This document shows positions 41,992 through 52,665 of a stretch of 64,000 nucleotides of DNA, in pieces. Source of the stretch: Planctomycetota bacterium (lineage in GTDB: Bacteria > Planctomycetota > UBA8108 > SXIK01); NCBI GenBank assembly GCA_965223265.1, contig OZ244999.1, forward strand, positions 7,136,001-7,200,000, read 5' to 3'. The notes under the pieces are model-generated. The model was not told the origin of the DNA. It ran no database searches and saw nothing but the letters and a program-made list of their open reading frames with translations. The number at the start of each line of letters is the position of its first letter. Positions within the stretch are counted from its first letter, which is position 1. The position numbers and the translations under genes were made by a program.

Positions 41992-43410
41992 ATGACTTGG
42001 CTACGTCGAGTTCGAATCCTGGTGGGGGCCCTCGTTTGGATCGCTGTCGGAGCGGCAACAGCTCGGCTTCTGACAGAGACTCGAGACAGCGGCAAATCGA
42101 ACACCCTCGCTCTGATTTCGGACTACGTGGCCGCCGAGCCGATCGAGCTTGAGATCGAGATCACCGCCCCGAGGTTTCTTGAGCTTGGCGACACCGTGTC
42201 CATCGCCCCGGGCGGTGACATCGAAACCGGTGACAACGAAACCGGTGACAACGAAACCGGTGACAAACAAACGAATGGCGGTCAACCCGGCGCGGTGGCG
42301 GCCATAGGCGCCGAGAACGGCAACGGATCGGTCGCCGACGCGGGGCAACCGATCGGCGTCGTCGTCGCCCTCGTCGACGAGAGCGGCAATGCGATTCCAC
42401 GTTTCTACCATCAGAGCGTCCGTGTCGCGCGGATCCGCATCTTTGACCGCGCCGCTGCCGATCTGCGTGCCGACGCCAGCGCGAGGCTCCTTCTCGTGCC
42501 CGATGCCCTCGACTGGGTCGTCGACACCCTGATCACCTCCGACAACATTCCTCAACTCGCCTTCGAGTGGAACAAGATGATGCTGCGGCACCGCGAAGAG
42601 ATCTTCCGTCTCCTCACGCCCATCGTCCGCGACGTCGTGCGCGACATCGAAGCCACCGTAGAGGAGTCGTTCGGCGCGTTCGTGGCACGACATCGCGACA
42701 AAACAGCGAAGATCGGCGCGGCCATGCGCTCTGAGTTCGACACCGAGGCTCTCCGCGAAGTCGTCGCTGCTGAGGTCTTTCCGATTGCCGAGGCGAAGCT
42801 GAGACCTGTCTTCGACAGTATCAGTGCAAGAATCTGGGACAAAGCCCCGCTATGGAGCTTCACCTGGCGCGTCGCGGTCCAGTCGCTCCCGCTTACCGAC
42901 GACGACTACGTCGAGACAGCGTGGAATCGCTTCGCGCGCGAGGAGGTCAGACCCATCTTGCAGGATCACCTCGACGAAATCGTCGGTGCGTCGAAGGAGA
43001 TCGCTGCTGCCGCCCTCGCCAGCGACGGCGTGCGCGATCAACTCCGCGGCATGTTCGCAAAGCTGCTCGACAATTCCGACTTTCATGCGCTGGCGCAGAT
43101 TTTTATCAAAGAGACGTTTCTAGACAACCGCGACTTCCACGAGCGCATGCTGACGCGCCTGCGCTCGCCAGAGGTGCAGCGAGCGCTCGATGCCGCCTCA
43201 CGTCACGTCGAACCGATGCTGAGGCGTATGGGCGATATCATCTTTGGGACACGCCAGGCCGGCATCACTACCGAGTTCGCGCGTGTGCTGCGGGCACAAA
43301 TCCTCCGCAAGGATCGACGACGCTTCGTCCTCACACGAGGCAGCGATCCGCGGCGACTGCAGGAAGGCACGCGACTCCGCGCGTCGGTCGAATGGGACAA
43401 CCCGAAGTGA
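41992..43410 (+). CDS. Membrane-anchored hypothetical protein (possible divergent MCE/MlaD-like partner)
   Basis: N-terminal TM, a short beta region, then a long helical region. GTGA overlap with the ABC gene. Confidence 0.6.
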   Translation: MTWLRRVRILVGALVWIAVGAATARLLTETRDSGKSNTLALISDYVAAEPIELEIEITAPRFLELGDTVSIAPGGDIETGDNETGDNETGDKQTNGGQPGAVAAIGAENGNGSVADAGQPIGVVVALVDESGNAIPRFYHQSVRVARIRIFDRAAADLRADASARLLLVPDALDWVVDTLITSDNIPQLAFEWNKMMLRHREEIFRLLTPIVRDVVRDIEATVEESFGAFVARHRDKTAKIGAAMRSEFDTEALREVVAAEVFPIAEAKLRPVFDSISARIWDKAPLWSFTWRVAVQSLPLTDDDYVETAWNRFAREEVRPILQDHLDEIVGASKEIAAAALASDGVRDQLRGMFAKLLDNSDFHALAQIFIKETFLDNRDFHERMLTRLRSPEVQRALDAASRHVEPMLRRMGDIIFGTRQAGITTEFARVLRAQILRKDRRRFVLTRGSDPRRLQEGTRLRASVEWDNPK

Positions 43411-45098
43411 ACGAGACGACTCACGAAAGCGCCGAACAGAGCGGAGACGGGAGCGAAAGCGAACACAGCGCAGCCGGCGACCGCGTCAACGGAGCCGGCA
43501 TCGCAATCGAGAACCTGACCGTGCGCGTCGCCGGGCGGACGCTACTGGAAGGAACCGACGCCGAATTCCCGGGCGGGCGGGTGACGCTCGTCGTGGGCGC
43601 GAGCGGGGCTGGCAAGACAGTCCTTATGCGCATCCTCGCCGGCCTCCTCAGAGCCAGCGATCCCGCCGTGGAGATCACAGGCACAGTGCGGGTCGGCTCG
43701 CACGCCGTGGCGCTCACTGGCGGTCCTCGAGAAGCTTCTCCGGTGGGCATCGTCTTTCAGAACTTCGCGCTTTTCGACGAGCTCTCAGCCGAAGAGAACG
43801 TCCGCTTCGCGCTCGATCACGTCGAACATCACCAACAAGGAAATCCGGACAGAGCGGCGCAGGCAGTGCAAAACGAATCCGTCCGCACAGCGACCACGAC
43901 GGCGCGCGCACTCGTCGACGAATTCTCTGTTCCGACCGAAGTTCCCGTGAGCGCTCTCAGTGGCGGCCAGAAGCAGCGCCTGGCGATCGCACGCACTTTG
44001 GCCTACGACCCGCCGATTCTCCTCTATGACGAGCCGACCTCTGGTCTCGACCCGGCGAACGCACGTCGAGTTGCCGAGCGTATCCGCAGCACGGGCGAAG
44101 TTCACGGCAAGACGACCATCGTCGTGACGCACGACTACGCCCACCTGGCGCCGATCGCGGATGCGGTCTTTCTCCTCGATCCGCAGGCGCAGAAACTCGT
44201 TGAACTCGAGCCAAGTCAGCGCGAACGCCTCGCCGAGCTGACGGCCGCACCGGCGGCGCCGGAAAGAAACCGCCCAGCGGCGTCGTTTCTCGGAGGCATC
44301 GCGCGACAAGGCCAGCAGCTCCTCGAGCGGACTGGCGGCGCGGCCGAGAAGGTTCTCACGACCCCGCTGGCCCTCCTTCCCATCTGGCGCAGCTGGCGCT
44401 GGGGCCTGCGGTACCTCCGCCACTATCTGTCGCTCATCGCCTCACCCAGCGCGTGTCTCTATTTCGCCGCGGCAGGATTGATCGCGGGGTTCGTGTCGAC
44501 GCACTTCGTATTCAAATTCTTGCCGCACAAACAGTACACCGAGCCTCTCCTGGTGGATGAGCTTCTGCAAGGATTGGGCTTCGCGCTCTACCGGATTCTA
44601 GTTCCGGTGCTGCTGACGGTCCTCCTGGCGGCCCGTTGCGCCGCCGCTGTCGCCGCCGACATCGGGCATCGCATCTACGCGCATCAATTCGACGCGATGC
44701 GCTCACTCGGAGCTCGCCCCGAGCGCTACCTGCTCACCAACATTCTGCTCGCTTTCGTCATCGGCACGCCGGTCCTGGTGGGCCTCGGTTTTCTCGCAGC
44801 GAAATACACCAGTCTTGTCGTGTTTCTCTACAACTACCCCAATCGAGGTGCCCATTTTTGGGACGCCAACTTCCACCTGGACCTGCGGGTTCCGGGCAAG
44901 ATTTTTTACTGGGGAAGCTCTTGGCTTTTGGCTAAATTGCTGATCGCCGGATTGGGTGTAGGAAGCATCGCGTATCACATAGGCCGACTCCCCAAGCCGT
45001 CGGGAGTCGCTGTGGCGAAAGGCATTACAGCGACGATTATCGGAGCGACGCTCTACGTCCTGTTGGTCCACTTCGGGTTCGCATTTCTGGAATTCTAG
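43407..45098 (+). CDS. ABC ATPase fused to MlaE-like permease
   Basis: GASGAGKT, VFQNFAL, LSGGQ, LLYDEPTSGLD and VTHD. C-terminal PVLLTVLLAARCAAAVAADIG..QFDAMRSLG..P.RYL is MlaE-like. Confidence 0.8.
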   Translation: MNETTHESAEQSGDGSESEHSAAGDRVNGAGIAIENLTVRVAGRTLLEGTDAEFPGGRVTLVVGASGAGKTVLMRILAGLLRASDPAVEITGTVRVGSHAVALTGGPREASPVGIVFQNFALFDELSAEENVRFALDHVEHHQQGNPDRAAQAVQNESVRTATTTARALVDEFSVPTEVPVSALSGGQKQRLAIARTLAYDPPILLYDEPTSGLDPANARRVAERIRSTGEVHGKTTIVVTHDYAHLAPIADAVFLLDPQAQKLVELEPSQRERLAELTAAPAAPERNRPAASFLGGIARQGQQLLERTGGAAEKVLTTPLALLPIWRSWRWGLRYLRHYLSLIASPSACLYFAAAGLIAGFVSTHFVFKFLPHKQYTEPLLVDELLQGLGFALYRILVPVLLTVLLAARCAAAVAADIGHRIYAHQFDAMRSLGARPERYLLTNILLAFVIGTPVLVGLGFLAAKYTSLVVFLYNYPNRGAHFWDANFHLDLRVPGKIFYWGSSWLLAKLLIAGLGVGSIAYHIGRLPKPSGVAVAKGITATIIGATLYVLLVHFGFAFLEF

Positions 45099-45300
45099 GC
45101 GAAGCCACGACCAGTTGAAATCCGAAGAAACAAACTACCGGCCCGTCGGGAGAGGGTCATCTCCGTCGGCCGGAGAACGCGCACCCAAGTTTCGCGCCAG
45201 GCTCGCTGACGGAGGCGCCGCGCGACCCAGCGTGGGTGGAAGTCTACAACTAGCATAATCCGACGACTCTTCTCGAAAAGAACTGGAGAGAGGCCCTTCG

Positions 45301-47400
45301 ATGGACGCAATTCTTTACGGCAGTCTGGCTGTCGCGATCGTTTCGCTCGGGTTCGCCTTCTTTCGCCGTGCCACCATCTTCAAGCACGACCGCGGCACGG
45401 CGGAAATGATCGAGATCGCGCAGGCAACGCAGCAGGGCGCCATGGCCTTTCTGCGCCGCGAGTACAGTGTCTTAGTTGTGTTCGCAATCATCGTCTTCGT
45501 CTGCATCGGTTTCGGCCTGAGCGATTCGGGAGGTTGGTGGACGGGCGTCTGTTTCTTGTACGGTGCGTTTTCAAGCGCATTGGCAGGATTCGTCGGTATG
45601 CGAGTGGCAACGAGCAGCGCCGTACGGACCACTGAAGCAGCAAAGACTGGGCTCGCCAGAGCATTGAACGTCGCATTCTCGAGTGGTGCGGTCATGGGCT
45701 TCACGGTCGTCGGCCTTGGTCTTCTCGGTGTCTGCGTCCTGACATTGGCCTTCAAGACCGTCGGTGCTGAGGAACTCGGACTCGGGCGGTGGATTGACCC
45801 GATCTTCGGGTTCTCCTTCGGCGCCTCGTCTATCGCACTGTTTGCGAGGGTGGGGGGTGGTATTTTCACCAAAGCGGCAGATGTCGGTGCTGACCTTGTG
45901 GGCAAAGTGGAAAGCGGCATCCCGGAAGACGACCCTCGCAACCCAGCAACGATCGCTGACAATGTCGGTGACAATGTCGGCGACGTGGCCGGAATGGGTG
46001 CGGATCTCTTCGAGTCCTACGTCGGCGCCATCATCGCCTCGATGGCGATCGGCTATGCGCTTCTGAACGCCGAGGGCACGAATGAAGCGCTGATCTTCTT
46101 TCCCGTGATGCTGGCAGGCATTGGCATCCTGGCGGCCATCGTTGGCACCTTCGCGGTGCGCGCCAACGACGAAGCCAAGGTCAACTCTGCCCTCTTCAAC
46201 GGTCTTCTCGTCGCCTCCGTCGTACTGGTCGGCGGTTCCGCGATTCTGACGCATTTACTTGGCGAGCGACTCTCCTTCACCACGTCGTCTGAAACGGTCG
46301 TCAGCAACTGGGCGATCGCTGGCACCGTGTGGCTCGGGCTCTTCCTCGGGCTCGCCATCGGCAAGATCACGGAATACTACACCTCAGAGAAGATGCGTCA
46401 CGCGCAGGCGATTGCGGAGCAATCGCTCACCGGTACGGCGACGAACATCATTCACGGGCTCGCTGTGGGCATGCAGTCGACGGCACTGCCGATGATCTGT
46501 ATCGCAGTAGCGATCTACCTTTCGCATCACTTCGCGGGTCTCTATGGGATCGCGATCTCCGCGGTCGGAATGCTCTCAACGCTCGGGATTTCGCTGGCTG
46601 TGGATGCCTACGGCCCCGTCGCCGACAATGCGGGCGGTATCGCCGAAATGTCCCACTGCGATCCAGAAGTCCGCAACCGCACCGACTCCCTCGACGCGGT
46701 CGGCAACACGACCGCAGCGATCGGCAAGGGATTCGCGATCGGCTCCGCCGCCCTCACCGCCTTGGCCCTCTTCGTCACCTTCAAGCAGGAGGTCATGGCG
46801 CGCGCCGCAACCATGGAGGGGCACCCCTTAGCCGGAGGCTTTCAGATCGACGTACTCTCACCGAAGGTGATGATCGGCCTCTTGATCGGCGGTATGATGA
46901 CTTTTCTCTTCACAGCGCTGACGATGAAAGCCGTCGGACGCGCCGCGAGGAAGATGATCGAAGAGGTACGAGATCAATTCAGGACGCGAAAGGGAATCCT
47001 CGACGGTACGGAAAAGCCCGACTACGCGCGCTGCGTTGATATCTCGACAACTGCGGCGCTCAAGGAAATGGTGCTCCCCGGAGTCCTTGCGGTTGTCGTG
47101 CCGATCATTTTCGGTAAGTTCATCGGCGTGGAAGCGCTCGGCGGCCTGCTGGCGGGAGCACTGGTCAGTGGTGTTCTCCTGGCGATCTTCATGGCGAACT
47201 CCGGCGGCGCCTGGGACAACGCCAAGAAATACATCGAAAGCGGCCACCACGGCGGCAAGGGTTCAGACGCTCACAAAGCGAGCGTCGTCGGCGATACCGT
47301 CGGCGATCCGTTCAAAGACACGTCGGGACCATCGATCAACATTCTCATCAAACTGATGTCGATCGTGTCTCTCGTGTTCGTACCGTTCTTCCTGAGCTGA
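45301..47400 (+). CDS. hppA: Membrane-integral pyrophosphatase, K+-dependent type (probably Na+-translocating)
   Basis: [33 protein letters not shown] (Ala marks the K+-dependent subfamily) and [10 protein letters not shown]. Confidence 0.93.
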   Translation: MDAILYGSLAVAIVSLGFAFFRRATIFKHDRGTAEMIEIAQATQQGAMAFLRREYSVLVVFAIIVFVCIGFGLSDSGGWWTGVCFLYGAFSSALAGFVGMRVATSSAVRTTEAAKTGLARALNVAFSSGAVMGFTVVGLGLLGVCVLTLAFKTVGAEELGLGRWIDPIFGFSFGASSIALFARVGGGIFTKAADVGADLVGKVESGIPEDDPRNPATIADNVGDNVGDVAGMGADLFESYVGAIIASMAIGYALLNAEGTNEALIFFPVMLAGIGILAAIVGTFAVRANDEAKVNSALFNGLLVASVVLVGGSAILTHLLGERLSFTTSSETVVSNWAIAGTVWLGLFLGLAIGKITEYYTSEKMRHAQAIAEQSLTGTATNIIHGLAVGMQSTALPMICIAVAIYLSHHFAGLYGIAISAVGMLSTLGISLAVDAYGPVADNAGGIAEMSHCDPEVRNRTDSLDAVGNTTAAIGKGFAIGSAALTALALFVTFKQEVMARAATMEGHPLAGGFQIDVLSPKVMIGLLIGGMMTFLFTALTMKAVGRAARKMIEEVRDQFRTRKGILDGTEKPDYARCVDISTTAALKEMVLPGVLAVVVPIIFGKFIGVEALGGLLAGALVSGVLLAIFMANSGGAWDNAKKYIESGHHGGKGSDAHKASVVGDTVGDPFKDTSGPSINILIKLMSIVSLVFVPFFLS

Positions 47401-47574
47401 ACACCAGCGAGGCTCGGAAAGAATCACAGCGTCGGCCGACTCGAGGCGAGGACCTTTGAGGGCTATCTAGCGCCCGGGGTTTGGGGCTTGAATATGGTGC
47501 GCACTGCGAGCTCCGAATTGCGCGGCGATCGAACTTTTCCCTTGAATCACCCTGACTTCATCAGCCTAATGTAG

Positions 47575-47605
47575 GAAAGATTTTTCTCATATCATAGAAT
47601 CTTTC
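47575..47605. promoter_or_regulatory. Operator-like palindrome in an AT-rich promoter region
   Basis: GAAAGATT-N15-AATCTTTC upstream of the gene at 47736. Confidence 0.35.
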
Positions 47606-47735
47606 TTAAACTACAAAACGGGAAGTCTGGCAAAGGATCCATGGGTTGTGATCCTCTCGCGTAGTCAAAGGCGAGACCAGGCAACTTCTTGCACAGGCAT
47701 TAGGTCGAAGTGCCTCTCAGGCAGGAGGGTGTGTC

Positions 47736-48461
47736 ATGACGTCGACAGGACGCCGTGCCGTAGCAACCATCGCGGCCGCCGCGAGCGTGATGATCGTCGC
47801 GCAGTGGACACTCTCGGATCACACCGGCAGCGGGCAAGGGGGCATTGACGACGTCGAATTGATCGGCATCAAGGACCCGGAGGAACTCCAGGTCTTTCGC
47901 TCCGTGCTCAACGACGCGTCGGTTCAAGAACTCGTACTTACCACCGCCCACCCGCTTCCACTCTGGTCGATCACATCGCGTCTCGTCCCGACCGAGGCTG
48001 GAGAGTCCTGCCTCGCTCCCGACGTCGGCGATAGCGGGCAAAAGTACCTGCTGTCGCTAGATTTCGCGGCGCGAAGTCGGACCACTCGACGCGTCTATCG
48101 AGTCGAATACTCAGCGTGCAAGATCGACACAACATCCTACGACGTGCGTTTGCACTCGGCTCGATTTGCCAGCGGTGGAGAGCCCACGGTGTCGGCATTG
48201 CCCGTGGTCTCCGGCAGGTCGAGCTACACAATTCTACGGAACGCGTTTTCAGACCCAGTGGTCACCGACGAACTAGAGCTCTATCTGGGCGGCGTCGAAC
48301 TCTCCTTCACCCTGCGATATGACGCCGAGCGCAGCACTGTCGAAGGCCTCGACTGGTTTCACCTCCTGGTGAAGGAGGGTGGCAACGAATCGGTGGTCGC
48401 AACGTTTGAAGTGCTCTACGACGATGCGGCCGACACGGTCGAGTTCACGCACCTGGATTGA
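47736..48461 (+). CDS. Hypothetical exported protein
   Basis: GGAGG RBS and a signal-peptide-like N-terminus. No recognised family. Confidence 0.65.
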   Translation: MTSTGRRAVATIAAAASVMIVAQWTLSDHTGSGQGGIDDVELIGIKDPEELQVFRSVLNDASVQELVLTTAHPLPLWSITSRLVPTEAGESCLAPDVGDSGQKYLLSLDFAARSRTTRRVYRVEYSACKIDTTSYDVRLHSARFASGGEPTVSALPVVSGRSSYTILRNAFSDPVVTDELELYLGGVELSFTLRYDAERSTVEGLDWFHLLVKEGGNESVVATFEVLYDDAADTVEFTHLD

Positions 48462-48513
48462 TCGTCCGGGAGCAGCGACGAGGGGGCCCGCAGCGAGAGT
48501 TGCAGTCAAACCT

Positions 48514-50070
48514 ATGAAATCAGCATGGCAGGAGCTGTCGAGATGTTTGAACGCGTACTGCTGCGAGGGAGACGCCGGAAGCTGGCCTCGCGCTGAACGG
48601 CTACTGATTCAACTGCCGTTAGATGGCTCGTCACCGCTCGAACGAGTTCACCGCAGCGCACAGTTCCTTGCCTCGTTTGGGCACACCGACGAGGCTCATC
48701 GAGTCACCGAGCTGCACCGAAAGCATCATCAAAGGATTCGATTCGCCGCGCCGGGAAGTGCTGGGTGCGAAGTGCAGCGGACGACAATCTACGATGCGAT
48801 CCACCTGGGGATCCGTATGCAGCAGCAGCGCGGCAATCCAGGCCCCTCCGTCTCCTGGAGTCGCCTTGGCGGTATCGGTTGGGTGGAAAACCTTCGCCTC
48901 GCCCTGGCTCTTCGCACTCACGAGCACAGCCGCGTGCTCGAGTGTCTACGGTCGAAAGCCCATCTCACCAACTACGACATGGCCTGCAGGCTCTGCTTGT
49001 TGGCAAGGCACTACTTCCTCCGCGGACATCTGTCGCGTGGGCTCGGCCTCATACGGTCCGCGTACCGTCGATTAGCGAAGGATGAGTCATGCGACGCTGA
49101 GCTCCGCCGCACCGAATGCTGTGGACTGCAGGGCATGATCGCGCTTCAGGAGGGCAAGCTCGATCTCGCTGAGGACTTGTTCCGCACGACGATCCGCATG
49201 GCGACCGAGCTCAAGCACGAACAACAGATCGCCTACTATCGCCAAGAGTTGGCCGTGTCCTATTCGCGTCGTGGAGACTTCGACGAGGCTCGGGCACTCA
49301 TGTGCGACCTACTCGATCACTTGAACGCCACGGAGCCAAGGAGCGACGCGCAAAGGGTTCGACGTGCCGCGATCGAAATTTCAGCAGCGCAAATGGCGCT
49401 CGACCGTGGTGACGTCGAAGCTGCGCGACAGCACTATCGCGTCGCCCACGAAGCGTTCGCCGCGACGACCGAACCAGTGATCCAAGGTCACCTGGCTCTC
49501 CTTCGCGCGCGACTCCTCAAGGAGGAGGGTGCTGCGAGGCTCCCCCACGCGCTCGCAGAATTCCAGGCCGCTGAACATCTCTTCGGCGGTTTCGGCGACG
49601 GCCTGATCCTCGGACTCTTCCGCGTCTCTCTGCACCGGGCACACGCGCTGCTGAGGTTCGGAGAATTAGACGCGGCGATGACTGACGTGCTCCGCTGTCT
49701 CGAATACGCGCGCGAGCGCCGCTACTTTCCAGCGCGAGCCGCCGGATTGCTGCTGAAGACTCAACTGCTGCTGCAAAAACAAGGCGGTGCGAAAGTCGAC
49801 AGCATGTACGAGGAAGTGCTGAGGGGTCTCGGCGCCATCGCAAATCCACGCATCCTCTTTCGAGTCGTCGCCAACCTTTACCTGCACACCTGGGATCGTC
49901 AGGACGACCTCGAGCTAACCCAATACCACCTCGACCAGCTCCACGAGCTCAAGCGTTTTTTCGACGCGCGATCCTACGAACGCCTCTACACCCGCTACGT
50001 CACCATGCCGGTGCTGCATCGCGCGCTGGCGGAGGGATTCGGCGAGACGCCGATCGAGGTGGCGGAGTGA
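48514..50070 (+). CDS. TPR-like all-helical protein
   Basis: TPR-like segments such as GMIALQEGKLDLAEDLF, LAVSYSRRGDFDEARAL and AQMALDRGDVEAARQHY. Confidence 0.7.
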   Translation: MKSAWQELSRCLNAYCCEGDAGSWPRAERLLIQLPLDGSSPLERVHRSAQFLASFGHTDEAHRVTELHRKHHQRIRFAAPGSAGCEVQRTTIYDAIHLGIRMQQQRGNPGPSVSWSRLGGIGWVENLRLALALRTHEHSRVLECLRSKAHLTNYDMACRLCLLARHYFLRGHLSRGLGLIRSAYRRLAKDESCDAELRRTECCGLQGMIALQEGKLDLAEDLFRTTIRMATELKHEQQIAYYRQELAVSYSRRGDFDEARALMCDLLDHLNATEPRSDAQRVRRAAIEISAAQMALDRGDVEAARQHYRVAHEAFAATTEPVIQGHLALLRARLLKEEGAARLPHALAEFQAAEHLFGGFGDGLILGLFRVSLHRAHALLRFGELDAAMTDVLRCLEYARERRYFPARAAGLLLKTQLLLQKQGGAKVDSMYEEVLRGLGAIANPRILFRVVANLYLHTWDRQDDLELTQYHLDQLHELKRFFDARSYERLYTRYVTMPVLHRALAEGFGETPIEVAE

Positions 50071-50111
50071 CCGGGAACGACGCGTAGCGGGGCGACTGTC
50101 GCCGGGGGCGG

Positions 50112-50415
50112 TTTTGCGTTTGCGTTTGCGTGGGAGTGCACGCTTCTTCAGCGTAGCAGGCACACGGCGTGTGCCGTCCGGCCTTGTCGGCGTGCGCGTC
50201 GGCCGTTCCCGTGGGTGTGGGAGTCCGTGTGGGAGGGGGAGTGGGAGGGGGAGTGGGAGGGGGAGTGGGAGGGGGAGTCCGTGTGGGAGTGGGTGCGCGC
50301 CTCTTCAACGTGGCAGGCACACGCCGTGTGCCGTCCGGCCTTGTCGGCGTGCGCGTCGGCCGTTCCCGTGGGTGTGGGAGGCCGTGTGGGAGGCCGTGTG
50401 GGAGGCCGTGTGGGT
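50112..50415 (+). repeat. G-rich 6/12-mer tandem arrays plus two ~90-bp direct repeats carrying REP-like palindromes
   Basis: (TTTGCG)3, (GTGGGAGGGGGA)4 at 50229-50276 and (GTGGGAGGCCGT)3 at 50374-50409. GT(A/G)GCAGGCACACG(G/C)CGTGTGCC at 50153 and 50310. Confidence 0.9.
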
Positions 50416-50429
50416 TGGGGTCACCGTAC

Positions 50430-50473
50430 GGCGGCGGTCTTGTCGAGCGTACGCGGTGCTCGCGGGTGTGAAG
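50430..50473 (+). ncRNA. 5' part of conserved four-helix-bundle leader 1 (separated from the rest by the recombinase element)
   Basis: GGCGGCGGTCTTGTCGAGCGTA is 21/22 identical to the reverse complement of 54553-54574. The following arm (50452-50473) can pair with 53175-53197. Confidence 0.7.
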
Positions 50474-50574
50474 TCGAGCACACAATGCACCTCCAACCTT
50501 CCGCTGTCGTAAGTCCTTTCGGTGTAAGCCGACGTAATCTGACGAATCTTTGATACAACCCGGTCGATTTACCT

Positions 50575-52665
50575 TCATAGGTCGTCGAAGAGCGTCATCT
50601 GGTTCTTCGCGCAGCCCTCCTTAGGCGGGAATCGACCCGTCGCCTTGAGCGTCGCCACGAGGCTCCGGACTCCTGGGGAGTCCAGCTCGTGGCGAGAGAC
50701 GCGCCAGGGGGCGAACTCGGCGACTTGGTTTTTCCTGATCAATCCTCGTTCGACAAGCGTACGTAATGCTATCGAGGAAACTCCTAGGTACTTGCTGGCG
50801 CCGTTCATCGACAACGCATCATCGGAGGACTGCGCTGAATTGATACCGTTGTGTTTGCGAAATTCGGTCACCTTGTCTTTGGTCCACCGTGTGGTCGTGA
50901 GCCTTCGTCTGTTAAGCACTAAGGCAATCTCGCTGTCACTATGCGCCGCGGCGCTGAGCCGCTTGATCAGCTCGAGCACCGAAACTTCCCTTGATGCCTT
51001 CGGAGAGGGGAATCGCAACAGCTCGGAGGTAGAGTGTACGCCGCCCTTCCAGTGAATCGTCAATTCCAGGCGGCGACTTTGCCGATTGGATCCAACGAGC
51101 TCGCCGCTCTCCTTGATCATGATCTCGTGAATCGCTGCTCGCAGCAGAGTCTTCTTCAGCCTGACATCAATCGTCGATCGCCAGACCAACTGGAAGTTCC
51201 GTGCGAGAGTCTCGAGACGTTTTCGCTCTGCGACAGTCAACGTCAATCTCGACGACTGCTGCTTGTGGAGTGTCTCCTTTGCCTCGGCAAGCCGCTGAAG
51301 CTTGTCGTTGAGACGTTTCTCGAGGTTGTCCGCAACAAGGCGATTCCTCGGATCGCACGCGTCGAACTGTTCGAATGCATGACTGGCGGCGTACTGCGCA
51401 GCCTCGATCTGCTGCTTCGCGTAGTTCAACTCGTCGGCTCGGCTCTTCTCGATCTGCTCGAACGCCCTGGTCGCAGCCTCGATCCCCGAGGAGTCAAGCG
51501 CTCGACACAACTGCTGCGCGACGATCGGGTCAACGCGACATGCCCCAACAGAGAGACAAATGCGTGAGTTCCCCTTTCGTGTGCCGTCGCAGTAATAGAA
51601 GGCCTTCTCGTATCGGTACCGGACCTTCAGCTGATCGCCACAGTGACCACAACGCAACATCCCCGCCAGGAGAGCCTGGCCTTCCCGCGCGGCTCCTCGG
51701 TTGCCGTCGAGCCCTCTTCGCGGTCGATTCTGCGATAGCTTCTTCAAGTTCGCTTCGTACTCTGACCAATCGATGTAGGCTGGGTGATGGTCACGGATCA
51801 TCACCCGAGCTTCACCAGGATCTTGCCGACGTTCACGCTGTTTGACCAGCCTCCCATCGGCGATCTTGCTTGTCGTCCTTGAACGACCCCAAGCGTAGGC
51901 TCCAGCATAGGTCGGATTGACCAGGAGGTTGTGTAGCGACTTGGCCGACGGCACCGCCCACCTGACCGTCTTGTTGCCCAAGCCCCGACTCGGAAACTCG
52001 ATCCCCGCGTCTCGGTAATGCAATGCGAGCTGTCGGGCACTACTGGAGCCACGGAAGTCCTGAAAGACACGGCGGATCGCGGTACGGATTCTCTCGTCGG
52101 GATCGAAGACAATCTCAGTGTCGTCGTAGACGTAGCCGATCGGTAACTGAATCCACAGCTCACCTCGCTTCGCTTTCGCCTGCTGACCTAGGCGCAACCG
52201 CAAGCGAATCGTCGCAAGCTCGGCTTCTGAGATCGAGCCACGGATGCCGATCAACAGTCTGTCGTTAGAGAGCGACAGATCGTAGACCTGCTCGGTGTCC
52301 GCGATCAGCGTATTGAAGTGCTGACAAAGCTCCATCAGTCGCGCCCAGTCCACCGAATTCCTCGACAGTCGGGAAATCTCGAGACAGAAGATAATCCCGA
52401 CTTCCCCGGCAATGACCCAGCTCTTCAGTTTCTCGAAGCCGGGGCGATCGACGAATCCAGAAGCCGACTCGCCGAGATCGTCCTCGATGAGAATCGGCTC
52501 GCGCCAGCCAAGATCGACCGCCTTGTGCCTCAGTTCGCGTTGCAGGCGCGTGCTCTCTTCGTTGTTCTTCACCTGTGTTGGCGACGATTGACGAATGTAT
52601 ACTACTGCCGCGCGCCTGAGGTGCTCGGTAGTGACGCCACCTGGATGATTGCTATCGATCCTCAT
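50575..52665 (-). CDS. Large serine recombinase (resolvase + recombinase + Zn-ribbon + coiled coil + HTH)
   Basis: Catalytic AVVYIRQSS, DRPGF, EISRLSRN, NPTYAG, HHPAYI and LLAGMLRCGHCG. Confidence 0.92.
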   Translation of the reverse strand: MRIDSNHPGGVTTEHLRRAAVVYIRQSSPTQVKNNEESTRLQRELRHKAVDLGWREPILIEDDLGESASGFVDRPGFEKLKSWVIAGEVGIIFCLEISRLSRNSVDWARLMELCQHFNTLIADTEQVYDLSLSNDRLLIGIRGSISEAELATIRLRLRLGQQAKAKRGELWIQLPIGYVYDDTEIVFDPDERIRTAIRRVFQDFRGSSSARQLALHYRDAGIEFPSRGLGNKTVRWAVPSAKSLHNLLVNPTYAGAYAWGRSRTTSKIADGRLVKQRERRQDPGEARVMIRDHHPAYIDWSEYEANLKKLSQNRPRRGLDGNRGAAREGQALLAGMLRCGHCGDQLKVRYRYEKAFYYCDGTRKGNSRICLSVGACRVDPIVAQQLCRALDSSGIEAATRAFEQIEKSRADELNYAKQQIEAAQYAASHAFEQFDACDPRNRLVADNLEKRLNDKLQRLAEAKETLHKQQSSRLTLTVAERKRLETLARNFQLVWRSTIDVRLKKTLLRAAIHEIMIKESGELVGSNRQSRRLELTIHWKGGVHSTSELLRFPSPKASREVSVLELIKRLSAAAHSDSEIALVLNRRRLTTTRWTKDKVTEFRKHNGINSAQSSDDALSMNGASKYLGVSSIALRTLVERGLIRKNQVAEFAPWRVSRHELDSPGVRSLVATLKATGRFPPKEGCAKNQMTLFDDL

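Noticed and set aside
41830-42267. Short tandem duplications (TCGAATTCCCAGAGG twice at 41830-41862; GAAACCGGTGACAAC about three times at 42223-42267)
   Set aside because: These look like ordinary slippage duplications with no associated structure.
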